From the NCBI GenBank assembly GCA_000166095.1, contig CP002278.1, positions 660,001 to 692,000 on the forward strand: a stretch of 32,000 nucleotides of DNA, given 5' to 3'. The DNA is from Methanothermus fervidus DSM 2088 (GTDB lineage: Archaea; Methanobacteriota; Methanobacteria; DSM-2088; Methanothermaceae). A program made the translations under genes and the position numbers. This document shows positions 10,298 to 20,235 of this stretch, in pieces. Each line of letters starts with the position of its first letter. The first letter of the stretch is position 1. A model generated the notes under the pieces. The model saw only the letters and a list, made by a program, of their open reading frames with translations. It was not told the origin of the DNA and did not search any database.

Positions 10298-11329
10298 GTG
10301 GTGTTTAACTTGGATATTGAAAAGAGTTTGAGTCCATTAGCAAGCTTTTTGAATAAATTTGTACCAAAAAAATTATTATTACATGTCCAAGAAAGCTTGG
10401 TACGCTGCGGAATATATATGAAAGCTTCTTATTTTCTTTCTTTATTGTTTATATTGAGTGCTATTTCAGCTGTAGTTGCAACAATGCTTGCAATAATATT
10501 AAATTTTAATATAATTTTGGCAGTTTTAGCAGGGATTTTAGCACCTTTTGCTGCTGCATTTGCTGCATTGTATATTATAGCAGAGAGAAGAAGAGGAACA
10601 ATAGAAGAAAGTACTCCTGATTTTTTAACACAATTAGCATCAGAACTTCGTGCAGGAATTTCATTGGAAAGTGCTATAGATGATTTAACAAAATATGGTG
10701 AAGGTCCTCTTTATGATGAACTAAAGAGAACCGCAATTGAAATAAAGATGGGTAGAAGCTTTGAAAGTTCATTGATAGCAATGGCCAATAGATTGAAATC
10801 TGAACAACTTAACAGAACATTTAGAATGATATCTGAGGGTCGTAGGGCTGGAGCCTCATTGTCACGAGTATTAGAATCTGTAGCTGAAGATTTAAGACAA
10901 GTTTTAGCCCTAAAAAGAGAAAGAAAATCAAATGTCATGATGTATGCAATGTTTTTCCTTATAGCAGGACTCATTGGCGCTCCATTAGTTGTAGGATTAA
11001 TATCAATTGTTATAAGATTTTTCATAGACTTATATTCTGCTTCAGGAGCAATTGCTGGCATGACACTTGTAGGAAATGTACAGCAGAGGCTTGTTAATTT
11101 AAGAGATCCTATTCAAATTGCATGTGGTGGTTATGTAGCAATACATGCATTTCTTGGAGGTATATTGTTAGGAACTGTGATGTATGGTGATCCTAAAAAA
11201 GGTTTAAAATATTCAATACCTATGGCTTTAGTTGCATTTGTAATTTATTATTTCATAAGTACAACCGGCTATGATCTCATAAGTTCATTTGGTGGAGGAT
11301 TTAAAGGTGCATATAGTTATAGCAGATGA
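10298..11329 (+). CDS. Type II secretion system F-domain (TadC/FlaJ-like) polytopic membrane platform protein
   Basis: 343 aa with several TM segments flanking a cytoplasmic T2SSF-like block [21 protein letters not shown]...[24 protein letters not shown]. Confidence 0.7.
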   Translation: MVFNLDIEKSLSPLASFLNKFVPKKLLLHVQESLVRCGIYMKASYFLSLLFILSAISAVVATMLAIILNFNIILAVLAGILAPFAAAFAALYIIAERRRGTIEESTPDFLTQLASELRAGISLESAIDDLTKYGEGPLYDELKRTAIEIKMGRSFESSLIAMANRLKSEQLNRTFRMISEGRRAGASLSRVLESVAEDLRQVLALKRERKSNVMMYAMFFLIAGLIGAPLVVGLISIVIRFFIDLYSASGAIAGMTLVGNVQQRLVNLRDPIQIACGGYVAIHAFLGGILLGTVMYGDPKKGLKYSIPMALVAFVIYYFISTTGYDLISSFGGGFKGAYSYSR

Positions 11330-11504
11330 AAAAGGGCAAAGTAGTGCAGAATATATACTTCTTATAGCAGGAGTATTGGGGATAGTGTTAATAGTTCTTT
11401 ATGCATCTATCTCATACATGAATGAAGTTAAAACTGGGACATTTAATGCCACAAATAATACAACGATTTGGAGTAGTTTAAAAGATAAATTTAAAAATTG
11501 GTGA
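11307..11504 (+). CDS. Class III (type IV pilin-like) signal peptide protein, minimal archaeal pilin (DUF361-like)
   Basis: The motif ...[26 protein letters not shown] has a KGQ prepilin-peptidase-type site followed by a hydrophobic helix. The mature part is about 55 aa with NAT/NNT/NTT sequons. GTG 11307 is preferred because GGTGGAGGA lies 7 nt upstream; the ORF track gives ATG 11289. Confidence 0.6.
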   Translation: MHIVIADEKGQSSAEYILLIAGVLGIVLIVLYASISYMNEVKTGTFNATNNTTIWSSLKDKFKNW

Positions 11505-11515
11505 TAAATTTGGAA

Positions 11516-12922
11516 ATGTTAATTAATGGAAAAAATGTAACTTCTGAGGATGAAATACCAGTATTAAATCCTTATAATCAAGAAGTTGTAGATACAGTTC
11601 CCTCAGCTTCTCAGAAAGATGTTAAAAATGCTATACAATCTGCAAACAAGGCTAAAATCAAAATGAAGTCACTTACATCAAGAGAAGTTTCAGAAAATTT
11701 ATATGAAGTTAGTAATGAAATGAAGAAGAAAATTGATGAATTTTCAAAAATGATAACACTGGAAACTGGCAAACCTATTAAATTCTCTCGTGAAGAAGCT
11801 AAACGTGCAATAGAAACTTTTAAATTATCTGCAGAAGAAGCAAAAAGAATTTATGGTGAAACTATTCCATTGGATGCATGCAGGGCTGGAGAAGGTCATA
11901 TAGCATTTACAATAAGAGAGCCACTTGGAGTTGTTGCAGCCATTACTCCATTTAATTATCCACTAAATTTAGCAGCGCATAAGGTTGGGCCTGCTATCGC
12001 TGCTAAAAATACAGTAGTATTAAAACCATCTCTAAAAGCTCCTTTAACAGCTATAATGATGGGAAAAATAATAGATACCTATTTTCCTGACGGTGTAATA
12101 AATGTTATCACTGGAAATGCAAAGATGATTGGCGATGAGTTTATAAAAAGTGATTTAATCAATAAAATTACTTTTACTGGAGGATTAAATGTTGGAAAGA
12201 AGATTGCAAAAAGTGTTGGATTAAAGAAATTAACTTTAGAGTTAGGAGGAAATGATCCACTAATAGTTCTTAGTGATGCTGACATTGATAAAGCTGTTGA
12301 AGCTGCAGTTAAAGGATCCTACTTATATTCAGGACAAGTATGTATTGCAGTGAAAAGAATAATAGTTGAAAATGAAATTGCAGATGAATTTTCTGAAAAA
12401 CTCGTTAAAGAAACTAAAAAATTAAAAATTGGAGATCCTATGGATCCCAAAACAGATATTGGTCCACTAATAGACCTAAATTCTGCTATAAATGTAGAAA
12501 AAGTTGTAAAGGATGCCATAAAAAATGGTGCAGAATTACTATATGGAGGAAATCGTGAAAAAAATTTATTTGAGCCAACAGTGCTTGATTACGTGACTCC
12601 TGAAATGAAAGTTGTAAAAGAAGAAACATTTGGTCCTGTATCTCCAATTATTAGGGTGAAATCTATTGATGAAGCGGTGAAAATTGCAAATGATACATGT
12701 TATGCGCTTCAAGCAGGAGTTTTCACTGAAAATATACACAAGGCATTAGAACTTTCACAAAAAATTGAAGCAGGCGCAGTGATTATAAATAAACAATCTA
12801 CATTTAGAACAGATAATATGCCATTTGGTGGATTTAAATGTAGTGGAATTGGAAAAGAAGGAGTTAAATATGCAGTTAATGATATGACTCGTGAGAAACT
12901 CATTATATTTGCTCCAAAATAA
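11516..12922 (+). CDS. NAD(P)-dependent aldehyde dehydrogenase, lactaldehyde dehydrogenase (CofA/MJ1411)-like
   Basis: ALDH motifs FTGG, ELGGNDP and catalytic Cys context GQVCIAVKR, plus EETFGPV and PFGGFKCSGIG. ATG 11516 (MLINGKNV...) is preferred over TTG 11498. The specific substrate is inferred from similarity in size and pattern to methanogen CofA. Confidence 0.8.
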   Translation: MLINGKNVTSEDEIPVLNPYNQEVVDTVPSASQKDVKNAIQSANKAKIKMKSLTSREVSENLYEVSNEMKKKIDEFSKMITLETGKPIKFSREEAKRAIETFKLSAEEAKRIYGETIPLDACRAGEGHIAFTIREPLGVVAAITPFNYPLNLAAHKVGPAIAAKNTVVLKPSLKAPLTAIMMGKIIDTYFPDGVINVITGNAKMIGDEFIKSDLINKITFTGGLNVGKKIAKSVGLKKLTLELGGNDPLIVLSDADIDKAVEAAVKGSYLYSGQVCIAVKRIIVENEIADEFSEKLVKETKKLKIGDPMDPKTDIGPLIDLNSAINVEKVVKDAIKNGAELLYGGNREKNLFEPTVLDYVTPEMKVVKEETFGPVSPIIRVKSIDEAVKIANDTCYALQAGVFTENIHKALELSQKIEAGAVIINKQSTFRTDNMPFGGFKCSGIGKEGVKYAVNDMTREKLIIFAPK

Positions 12923-12934
12923 TTTTTATTTTTT
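12923..12934 (+). terminator. Oligo-T archaeal terminator after the aldehyde dehydrogenase gene
   Basis: TTTTTATTTTTT lies immediately after stop codon TAA (12920-12922). Confidence 0.45.
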
Positions 12935-13173
12935 GTTAAAGATAATGATCAAACTTATTTTCACTGATAGATAATTTGCGCTGTGAATTGAAAAATTACC
13001 AAAAACTAATTCATTTAAATTTTTATTGTGGTATATATAAGGTTTTGTAGACTTATCTGAAGTTATAACTGTGGAATGCCAATAAGACCTTTCTTGTTGT
13101 TAAAGTCCTCGCTGCTAATTTCTAAATGTCTAAAATATTAAATTCTGCAAACTTTCTGGAAAGGTGATACACT

Positions 13174-15231
13174 ATGAGTTTTGAACTTAAATATACTCCT
13201 AACATTTGTCCTTATTGTGGTTGTGGATGTGGACTAAATATAGTGACTCTTAATGGGAAAATAAAGGGAGTTGAAGGCTGGAAAAGGCATCCTGTTAATG
13301 AAGGCAAATTATGTCCAAAAGGTAATTTCTCATACCAGTTTGTTCAAAGTAAAGACAGGCTTAAACATCCTTTAATAAAAAAGAATGGAAAATTTATAGA
13401 AATTTCTTGGGATAAAGCTGTAGATATCATAGTTTCAAAATTAAATGAATATCGTAAAGAAAATCCTAATTCAATAGCATTTCTTGCTTCTGCAAGATGT
13501 ACAAATGAAGAAAATTATATTTTACAAAAATTTGCGAGAGTGGCTATTGGTACAAATAATATTGACCATTGTGCTAGGTTATGTCATGCACCATCAGTTG
13601 CAGGTCTTGCTCAAACATTTGGCTCAGGAGCAATGACAAATTCAATTCTAGACATTGAAGAAGCCGAAAGTATTTTCATAATTGGGTCAAATACTGCTGA
13701 GCAACATCCCATTATATGGAGAAGAGTTTTAAAAGCTAAAAATAAAGGCGCAAAATTAATAGTTGCAGATCCAAGAAAAACTCCAACTGCTTCATTAGCA
13801 GACATCCATCTGCCGATAAAACCTGGAAGCAACATAGCACTGATAAATGCAATGATGAATGTTATAATAGAAGAAGGCCTTGAAGACACTGATTTTATTA
13901 AAAAAAGAACAAAAGGATTTGAAAAATTAAAAGAAGTCATTGAAAAGTATAAACCAGAAAAAGTTGAAAAAATTGTAGGTGTACCTGCAAAAAAAATAAG
14001 AGAAGCTGCAATAACTTATGCAAAAGCTGACAGGGCAACTATATTATATGCAATGGGAATTACACAACATACTACAGGTACTCATAATGTTATTTCAACA
14101 GCAAATCTTGCTATGTTAACAGGTAATATTGGTAAAAAAGGTACTGGTGTAAATCCTCTAAGAGGTCAAAATAATGTACAAGGCGCATGTGATATGGGTG
14201 CTCTTCCACAATTTTACCCTGGTTATCAGAAAGTTACAGATAAAAATGCTACTGAAAAAATGCAAAAGATTTGGAAGTGCGATGATCTCAGTTCTGAACC
14301 TGGATTAACAGTTGTTGAGATGATGGATGCTGCTATAGATGGAAAAGTTAAATGCATGTATATAATGGGTGAAAATCCAGTTTTATCAGATCCTGACATT
14401 AAACATGTTAAAAAAGCATTGAAAAATTTAGAATTCCTTATTGTACAAGATATTTTCCTTACAGAAACAGCTGAATTTGCAGATATTGTTCTTCCTACAA
14501 CTGCATGGGGAGAAAAAAATGGTACATATACAAGTACGGAAAGGCGTGTACAATGTATAAGAAAAGCAGCAGATGGTCCTGGAGAAGCAAAAGATGACTG
14601 GAGAATAATATGTGAAATAGCAAAGAGAATGAATGTTAATGGTTTTGAATTCAATTCTACAAAAGAAATATTCAATGAAATTAGAAAAGTTACACCACAA
14701 TATGCGGGCATGAACTTTAAAAGATTACAAAAACCAGGTGGATTACAGTGGCCATGTCCTGATGAAAGCCACCCAGGAACACCAATATTACACACAGAGA
14801 AGTTTGCAACACCTGATGGATTAGGAAAATTCATTCCTGTAGAACATGAAGAGCCAGCCGAACTTCCTGATGATAGATATCCATTTATCCTAACAACTGG
14901 ACGTATTTTATTCCACTACCATACAGGTACAATGACAAGAAGATCAGAAACTTTAGACAATGAAGTTAGTACAGGATTTGTTGAAATAAATGATAAAGAT
15001 GCTTCTAAATTAGGTATTAAGGATGGTGAAATTGTTAAAGTTATGACTCGACGTGGTGAAATTAAAATACCAGCAAAAGTGACTTCAAAAGTTAGAGAAG
15101 GTGTTTTATTTATTCCGTTCCATTTTGTTGAATGTGCAGCTAATATGTTAACAAGTACTAATTATGACCCTATTTCAAAAATACCTGAATTTAAAGTATC
15201 GGCGGCTAATATAGAAAAATTGGAGGATTAA
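13174..15231 (+). CDS. fdhA: Formate dehydrogenase alpha subunit (molybdo/tungstopterin, Cys-type)
   Basis: 685 aa with an N-terminal [10 protein letters not shown] [4Fe-4S] motif, MopB domain blocks and the active-site context [10 protein letters not shown], with Cys (TGT 13582-13584) rather than TGA/Sec. It is followed by fdhB. Confidence 0.9.
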   Translation: MSFELKYTPNICPYCGCGCGLNIVTLNGKIKGVEGWKRHPVNEGKLCPKGNFSYQFVQSKDRLKHPLIKKNGKFIEISWDKAVDIIVSKLNEYRKENPNSIAFLASARCTNEENYILQKFARVAIGTNNIDHCARLCHAPSVAGLAQTFGSGAMTNSILDIEEAESIFIIGSNTAEQHPIIWRRVLKAKNKGAKLIVADPRKTPTASLADIHLPIKPGSNIALINAMMNVIIEEGLEDTDFIKKRTKGFEKLKEVIEKYKPEKVEKIVGVPAKKIREAAITYAKADRATILYAMGITQHTTGTHNVISTANLAMLTGNIGKKGTGVNPLRGQNNVQGACDMGALPQFYPGYQKVTDKNATEKMQKIWKCDDLSSEPGLTVVEMMDAAIDGKVKCMYIMGENPVLSDPDIKHVKKALKNLEFLIVQDIFLTETAEFADIVLPTTAWGEKNGTYTSTERRVQCIRKAADGPGEAKDDWRIICEIAKRMNVNGFEFNSTKEIFNEIRKVTPQYAGMNFKRLQKPGGLQWPCPDESHPGTPILHTEKFATPDGLGKFIPVEHEEPAELPDDRYPFILTTGRILFHYHTGTMTRRSETLDNEVSTGFVEINDKDASKLGIKDGEIVKVMTRRGEIKIPAKVTSKVREGVLFIPFHFVECAANMLTSTNYDPISKIPEFKVSAANIEKLED

Positions 15232-15233
15232 AC

Positions 15234-16412
15234 ATGGTCAAAGTAGGTGACATGTTTTATGTTTATTCTGAAGATAAAAACATTAGAAATAAAGGGGAAT
15301 ATGGAGGAGCCATAACTTCTTTACATAAATTCCTTCTTGAAGAAGGAATTGTGGATGCTGTTATCGCCGTTAAAAATGGTTCAGATCTTTATGATGCTGT
15401 TCCAACCTTGATAACGGACCCTGATAAAGTTATAGAGTCTGCAGGTTCACTCCACTGTGGTACATTCAACATTGCAAAAGTTATTACATGTTACTTAAAT
15501 GGTGCAAAAGATATGAAAATAGCTGTTACAGTAAAGCCATGCGATGCAATGGCAATAGTAGAGGTTGCAAAAAAGGGTAAAATTGACCTTAACAATGTTA
15601 TAATGCTGGGTGTCAACTGTGGAGGGACACTTCCACCTGTAAAGACAATACAAATGATAGAAGAAATATATGAAATGGATCCTGACAAAGTTATCAAGGA
15701 AGAAATAGCCAAGGGGAAACTTATAATTGAAACTCCAGACACTGAGAAGGAAATAAGTGTGGATGAATTAGAAGAGATGGGTTACGGTAGAAGAACCAAC
15801 TGTAGGAGATGTGAAAATAATATACCTAGAATGGCCGATCTTACATTTGGTAATTGGGGAGTTATAGGACCTATGGCTGGAAAAGCAACATTTGTAGAAG
15901 TAACATCAAAAAAAGGTGCAGAAGTTCTTGAAAAAGCTGTAAATGCTGGGGTCATTCATGTAGAGGATCCAATGCCTAAAGGTATCGAAATACGTGAAAA
16001 AATAGATAAAGCTATGGTTAATCTTGCAAAGAAATGGCAACAAAAAGAATTCAAAGATAAAAAAGATGTAATTGAAATATTCAAAGAATATATGGAAGAG
16101 TTCAGGAAGTGCATAAAATGCTATGGCTGTAGAGAAGCTTGTCCCTTATGTTACTGTGAAGAATGTTCACTTGAATCAGAAACTCCTGAATGGTTTAAAA
16201 GAGGGGAGATTCCTCCATCACCCATTCTCCATCTTGAAAGACTACTTCACACTATAGATTCTTGTGTCAATTGTGGTCAATGTGAAGATGCCTGTCCAGC
16301 AGAAATACCTCTTACAAGAATATGGCATGAACTTAATTGTAGAGTCAAAGATATCTTTGGATACGTACCTGGGTCACATCTGAAAGCACCTTTAACACAA
16401 GGTCAGAGGTAG
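15234..16412 (+). CDS. fdhB: Formate dehydrogenase beta subunit (F420-reducing, FrhB family)
   Basis: 392 aa with an FrhB/FdhB N-terminal domain ([10 protein letters not shown]...VKPCD) and C-terminal 2x[4Fe-4S] motifs ([26 protein letters not shown]). It lies 2 nt downstream of fdhA. Confidence 0.9.
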   Translation: MVKVGDMFYVYSEDKNIRNKGEYGGAITSLHKFLLEEGIVDAVIAVKNGSDLYDAVPTLITDPDKVIESAGSLHCGTFNIAKVITCYLNGAKDMKIAVTVKPCDAMAIVEVAKKGKIDLNNVIMLGVNCGGTLPPVKTIQMIEEIYEMDPDKVIKEEIAKGKLIIETPDTEKEISVDELEEMGYGRRTNCRRCENNIPRMADLTFGNWGVIGPMAGKATFVEVTSKKGAEVLEKAVNAGVIHVEDPMPKGIEIREKIDKAMVNLAKKWQQKEFKDKKDVIEIFKEYMEEFRKCIKCYGCREACPLCYCEECSLESETPEWFKRGEIPPSPILHLERLLHTIDSCVNCGQCEDACPAEIPLTRIWHELNCRVKDIFGYVPGSHLKAPLTQGQR

Positions 16413-18274
16413 TTTCCCCAATTTTTTATTTCTTTTAAAAATTTTCCTTTTCCTACTCTTTCCATAACTGCAGATAATCTTTCCCTTTGTGGTTTTTCGG
16501 CATATTTACTGTATACATTTAGTACAGCATCGATTAACTCCAATATTTTATCTTCATTGTCAATGATTCCGATGTCTATTCCCTCAACAATTTCACGTCC
16601 TGATTTCCCGCCTATATATAATCTATATCCTTCATCTTTAACTTCTCTTCCTTCATTAGGACATGCATCAATGCATTTGCCACATCCTATACATAGATTA
16701 TAATTTGTGTACGATGTTTCTCCTCTAATGTCGATTGCCTCAACTTTACAAACTTCTGCGCATCTTCCACATCCATTACATTTTTCTTCGTTTATAAGTG
16801 GATATCTAACTCCTGCTACTCCTATATCATGAATTTGTGGTCTTACACATTTATTTGGGCATCCACTTATTGCAATTTTGAATTTATAAGGTGAAGGTCT
16901 TTCTTTAAATTTATCTTCAATTTTTTGTGCAAGTTTTTTAGTATTTATTATACCGCTTCCACAATTATCTTTTCCTGGACAGGCAAGGGTTGCTCTTACA
17001 AGAGGACCTTCTGACCCTGTTATCAGTCCTTCTTTCATTAACTCCAAAACCACATCTTCAACATCATACCCTGCTATGCCATGTATTTCAAATCCACCTC
17101 TATTTGTGATTTTTAAATTAGCATCATATTCCTTAACTATTTTTAATATTTTTTCGACTTCATCAATATCGTACCATCCACCTGGTCTTGCTCTAATCCG
17201 TATAAAGTATGTGCCATCTGCTCTTTTACTTACTCCTGGATAACAATCTGTCCAATAAAATGATACTTTTTTATTTTTTCTTTTTCTTTTTTTGATTTCT
17301 TCTTTAAATCTTCTGATTTTTAAACTTTTTAATTTTTCAATCGATTCGATATCTACACCTTTTCTTAATTTTACAGCGTTTTTAATTTCCTCTCCTTTTT
17401 TTGTCCTTATTATTATCGTTGAATATCCTTCTGGACTTCCAACAGACCCTACTGAAACATCAGCCATTTCAGAATCAAAATCCCTACATATTTTACATCC
17501 AGAACATACATCCAATTCTTTTAGAGGAATTTCATGTTTCTCATTTTTAAGATACACGAGTAGTTTATTCCCCTTAATATCAAATTTTTCTACTTTCTCA
17601 ATATCTATCCCATGTTTTTCCAAAGTTTCATAAAAAGAATCATGTTCAAATTTTTCCATGCAGAACAATCCAATTAAATATTTTATTTTTGGTAATGAAG
17701 TAGGTTTCCCATCTTTACCTAACTCTCCATCATATTTTGCTAAATATGGGAAATATTGGATTTTTCTTAACCCTTGTATTTGACAAGGCAATCCAACAAC
17801 TGCCACTTCTTTACATCCAATCTCACTTGCTTTCTTGAGGGCATCTAATGTTGACACCGTATATTTTGACTTTGCAGATTTTTCAATGTCATCTGGATCT
17901 TTTATAATCCATGAAGTAGGTTTCCACAATTCATCTCCAACTACAATTGCCCCATCAATTTTTCTCTTTTTTAGCAAATACTTCAAGAAAGTTGATACTA
18001 CTCCACCATCCTGACCTTTTACATCTCCTTTCCCATAAAAAAATTCTTTTTTGAAACTTTCTCTAATTTTGATTTGATATCCACCAGATGATACACGAGG
18101 ACATATGTCATAACACATTCCATTTCCCTTTCTTAAACATTCTTCAATAAGTTTTGGATGATTCTCAAAATCCAATAGATCATTTGGACAAACTACAACA
18201 CATGTTCCACACTTAGCACATAATTCTGTATCTACAATTTCATCTTTTAATTTCCATTCCCATTGATGTGTCAT
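16403..18274 (-). CDS. fsr: Coenzyme F420-dependent sulfite reductase Fsr (FrhB/FpoF-like N-half fused to Dsr-like siroheme sulfite reductase C-half)
   Basis: N-half has ferredoxin [12 protein letters not shown] plus FrhB-like blocks. C-half has siroheme/[4Fe-4S] motifs ([20 protein letters not shown]) with an inserted ferredoxin ([23 protein letters not shown]). ATG 18274 (MTHQWEWKL...) is preferred over TTG 18292 because GGGG lies 8 nt upstream. The 3' end overlaps fdhB convergently by 10 nt. Confidence 0.85.
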   Translation of the reverse strand: MTHQWEWKLKDEIVDTELCAKCGTCVVVCPNDLLDFENHPKLIEECLRKGNGMCYDICPRVSSGGYQIKIRESFKKEFFYGKGDVKGQDGGVVSTFLKYLLKKRKIDGAIVVGDELWKPTSWIIKDPDDIEKSAKSKYTVSTLDALKKASEIGCKEVAVVGLPCQIQGLRKIQYFPYLAKYDGELGKDGKPTSLPKIKYLIGLFCMEKFEHDSFYETLEKHGIDIEKVEKFDIKGNKLLVYLKNEKHEIPLKELDVCSGCKICRDFDSEMADVSVGSVGSPEGYSTIIIRTKKGEEIKNAVKLRKGVDIESIEKLKSLKIRRFKEEIKKRKRKNKKVSFYWTDCYPGVSKRADGTYFIRIRARPGGWYDIDEVEKILKIVKEYDANLKITNRGGFEIHGIAGYDVEDVVLELMKEGLITGSEGPLVRATLACPGKDNCGSGIINTKKLAQKIEDKFKERPSPYKFKIAISGCPNKCVRPQIHDIGVAGVRYPLINEEKCNGCGRCAEVCKVEAIDIRGETSYTNYNLCIGCGKCIDACPNEGREVKDEGYRLYIGGKSGREIVEGIDIGIIDNEDKILELIDAVLNVYSKYAEKPQRERLSAVMERVGKGKFLKEIKNWGNYL

Positions 18275-18318
18275 GAATATAGCCCCTATCAAGTTCGTAT
18301 TCCATGGTTATTATTTCT

Positions 18319-18332
18319 GATATAAATACTTT
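18319..18332 (-). promoter_or_regulatory. fsr promoter (BRE/TATA: AAAAGTATTTATAT on the minus strand)
   Basis: The AAAnnTTTATATA-type methanogen promoter consensus lies about 45 nt upstream of ATG 18274. The same 14-mer recurs in both pyrC-flanking repeat arms. Confidence 0.5.
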
Positions 18333-18601
18333 TCAACTCTTGTTTCCTAATTTGCAAAAGACTTTTCACTAATAAAGTTAAATTTTTTGATTATTTTTGT
18401 TATGTGTTTGTAAAACATCGTATCTTTAACCTTTAGACCTCTGATGCCGGCAAGAAATCCCGAACATCCACAAACCATTTTAAAAATTTTTTGAATTTTT
18501 TACAAACAGAATTTTTAAAAAATAAAAAAATAAAAAGAAGATTGAAATTGATTTTGTGAAAAACCAGATTTCCACTCTATCAGGGATTGAGAGAAAACAG
18601 A

Positions 18602-18616
18602 AAAAGTATTTATATA
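18602..18616 (+). promoter_or_regulatory. Distal BRE/TATA-like element pointing toward pyrC (AAAAGTATTTATATA)
   Basis: Matches the methanogen AAAnnTTTATATA consensus. The expected TSS is near 18640, about 300 nt upstream of the pyrC ATG. Confidence 0.5.
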
Positions 18617-18737
18617 GATGAAGTACAAAACTAGCACTTGTTCTAAAAAAATATACACAACTCTTCTTTTACTTCCTCTTTCTCTCTCCAAAAATGCTCT
18701 AGAAATTAAGAAAACTATATATATCCTTTCATACTAC

Positions 18738-18744
18738 TTTTTTT
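18738..18744 (+). terminator. T7 run inside the pyrC leader (candidate attenuator/terminator of a short leader RNA)
   Basis: TTTTTTT lies about 100 nt downstream of the predicted distal TSS. Oligo-T tracts are the archaeal intrinsic termination signal. Confidence 0.3.
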
Positions 18745-18945
18745 CATGAGATGACTTCCCATACAATTACAAAGCTGAAAAAAACTGGTAGGTAGTTAAG
18801 AAGGTCTAAATGCATTAAAAGGATTAAAAATAAGTTAAGAGATTATATATCAGCATTTAAGACACTGTTGAGGGAATAGAGTAACCTTGATAGCCTGTAG
18901 GCAAGTTTTCTTTAGAAGTAGGAAGCTCTGTAGGAGTAGTTCACC

Positions 18946-20235
18946 ATGGTGGACCTATGTATTAAGAATTGCAAATTAAATGGAAAAATTGTAAATATTG
19001 GGGTTGAAGATGGCAAAATAATAAAGATCAGTAAATTACCATTTAAAAATTGTGAAACAATAGACATAAAAGGTAGAATAATATTCCCAGGCTTGATTGA
19101 TGCACATGTACATTTTAGAGAACCAGGAATGGAATATAAAGAAGACTTTAAAAGTGGATCAATGGCAGCAGCGCATGGAGGATTTACAACGGTTCTAGAC
19201 ATGCCAAATACAAAACCTCCCACAAATACTTTAAAAGAATTTAAAAGAAAGATTAAACTTGCATCTAAAAAAAGTATTGTGGATTTTGGATTACATGCTG
19301 GTGTAAATTTACAAGAAGTCCAAAAAATTGTAAAGTTAAGTCCAGCTTCTTTTAAAATTTACATGGAAGACACGAGTATAAACACTATAAAAAAAATGTT
19401 TGATATTTTAAATTCAACAAATATCCCACTTACTTTTCATTGTGAAAAAAGAGAAATTAATTATGAAAGAGATCACAGAGGAAAAAGTCCTCATTTTTAT
19501 TCAGATGCAAGACCTACTATAAGTGAGGAAATTGCAGTTGCAGAAGCTGTTTCATTTTCAGCTCATTATAATCATCCTATACATATATGCCATTTAAGCT
19601 CAAAAAAAGCTTTAAAAATCATAAAAAATATGCGAAATTTAGCACCAGTTACATGTGAGGTTACACCTCATCATTTATTTTTGGATTCAAGTTATTTCAA
19701 CAAATTTGGCAGTTTTGTAAAGACAAATCCCCCACTACGGTCTAGAGAGGAAGGTATAAATATTAAAGACTTAAATGATATCGATATTATTGCTACTGAT
19801 CATGCTCCACATACTTTAGATGAAAAAGAAAAAGAATTTTGGGAAGCACCAGCAGGTATACCTAATCTTGAAGTATCTTTAAAATTATTTTTAACTTTAT
19901 TTGCAAAAGGTAAAATTAAATTAAATGAAATAAAAACTATGTTTTGCGAAAAACCAGCAACTATTTTTGGTTTAACTAATAAAGGTTTTATTAAGGAAGG
20001 CATGGACGCAGATTTTGTTGTCATAGATCATAAAAAAACTGGTAAGATAAGTGCTGATGAATTTTATAGTAAGGCACAATATACACCTTTTGAAGGTTTT
20101 GAATATATTGGAGAAGCAGTAATGACCATACTTCGCGGCAAAGTAATTATGGAGGAAGGTGAAGTATTTAAAAATAAAGGTAAATATGTCAGGAGTGAAT
20201 ATAGGCTACCTCCTACAGAGCTTCCTACTTCATAA
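18946..20235 (+). CDS. pyrC: Dihydroorotase
   Basis: 429 aa. The metal-binding GLIDAHVHFREPG motif, ...GGFTTVLDMPNTKPP, DHAPH and the overall amidohydrolase layout are typical of class I DHOase. SD AGGAG (18932-18936) lies 9 nt upstream of the ATG. Confidence 0.9.
   Translation: MVDLCIKNCKLNGKIVNIGVEDGKIIKISKLPFKNCETIDIKGRIIFPGLIDAHVHFREPGMEYKEDFKSGSMAAAHGGFTTVLDMPNTKPPTNTLKEFKRKIKLASKKSIVDFGLHAGVNLQEVQKIVKLSPASFKIYMEDTSINTIKKMFDILNSTNIPLTFHCEKREINYERDHRGKSPHFYSDARPTISEEIAVAEAVSFSAHYNHPIHICHLSSKKALKIIKNMRNLAPVTCEVTPHHLFLDSSYFNKFGSFVKTNPPLRSREEGINIKDLNDIDIIATDHAPHTLDEKEKEFWEAPAGIPNLEVSLKLFLTLFAKGKIKLNEIKTMFCEKPATIFGLTNKGFIKEGMDADFVVIDHKKTGKISADEFYSKAQYTPFEGFEYIGEAVMTILRGKVIMEEGEVFKNKGKYVRSEYRLPPTELPTS

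Larger units (their letters stand above)
18577..18940. repeat. Left arm of a long imperfect inverted repeat flanking pyrC
   Basis: By-eye alignment with the reverse complement of 20206-20617 is collinear along the whole arm. Perfect blocks are 18578-18592, 18602-18630 and 18901-18936 (the last with one 1-nt indel); the middle is more diverged. Confidence 0.85.

Noticed and set aside
12935-13173. A possible regulatory RNA or small ORF in the 250-bp fdhA upstream region
   Set aside because: It contains a plausible TATA (GGTATATATAAGG, about 13029-13041) and only weak, AT-rich partial dyads. It has no conserved-looking structure and no ORF with an SD. It is most simply a promoter plus 5' UTR.
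13582-13584. Possible selenocysteine (in-frame TGA) at the FdhA active site
   Set aside because: The codon is TGT (Cys) in the [10 protein letters not shown] context, and the ORF is uninterrupted. This is a Cys-type enzyme, so no SECIS search is warranted.
18275-18292. A TTG-initiated 6-codon extension of fsr
   Set aside because: The ATG at 18274 has a G-rich SD 8 nt upstream, and the protein then begins at the conserved ...WEWKL... N-terminus. The TATA at 18319-18325 would put the TSS at about the TTG itself.
18438-18478. A C/D-box sRNA or tRNA fragment in the GC-rich island
   Set aside because: There is only a partial C-box-like TGATGC. There is no properly spaced C/D' /C'/D set on either strand, and the island is too short and lacks cloverleaf pairing for a tRNA. 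It is kept only as a low-interest observation.
18564-18577. An ORB-like replication-origin motif (complement GAGTGGAAATCTGG resembles the GTGGAAA core of archaeal origin recognition boxes) next to an A/T-rich stretch
   Set aside because: There is only one copy, no second inverted ORB, and no orc1/cdc6 gene in the window. This is insufficient for an origin call.
18618-18749. A 43-codon ORF (MKYKTSTCSKK...) starting just after the left-arm TATA, with a 24-codon counterpart in the right arm
   Set aside because: The ATG lies 2 nt after the TATA box, upstream of any plausible TSS. A 1-nt indel between the arms destroys frame conservation, and there is no SD. It is not coding.
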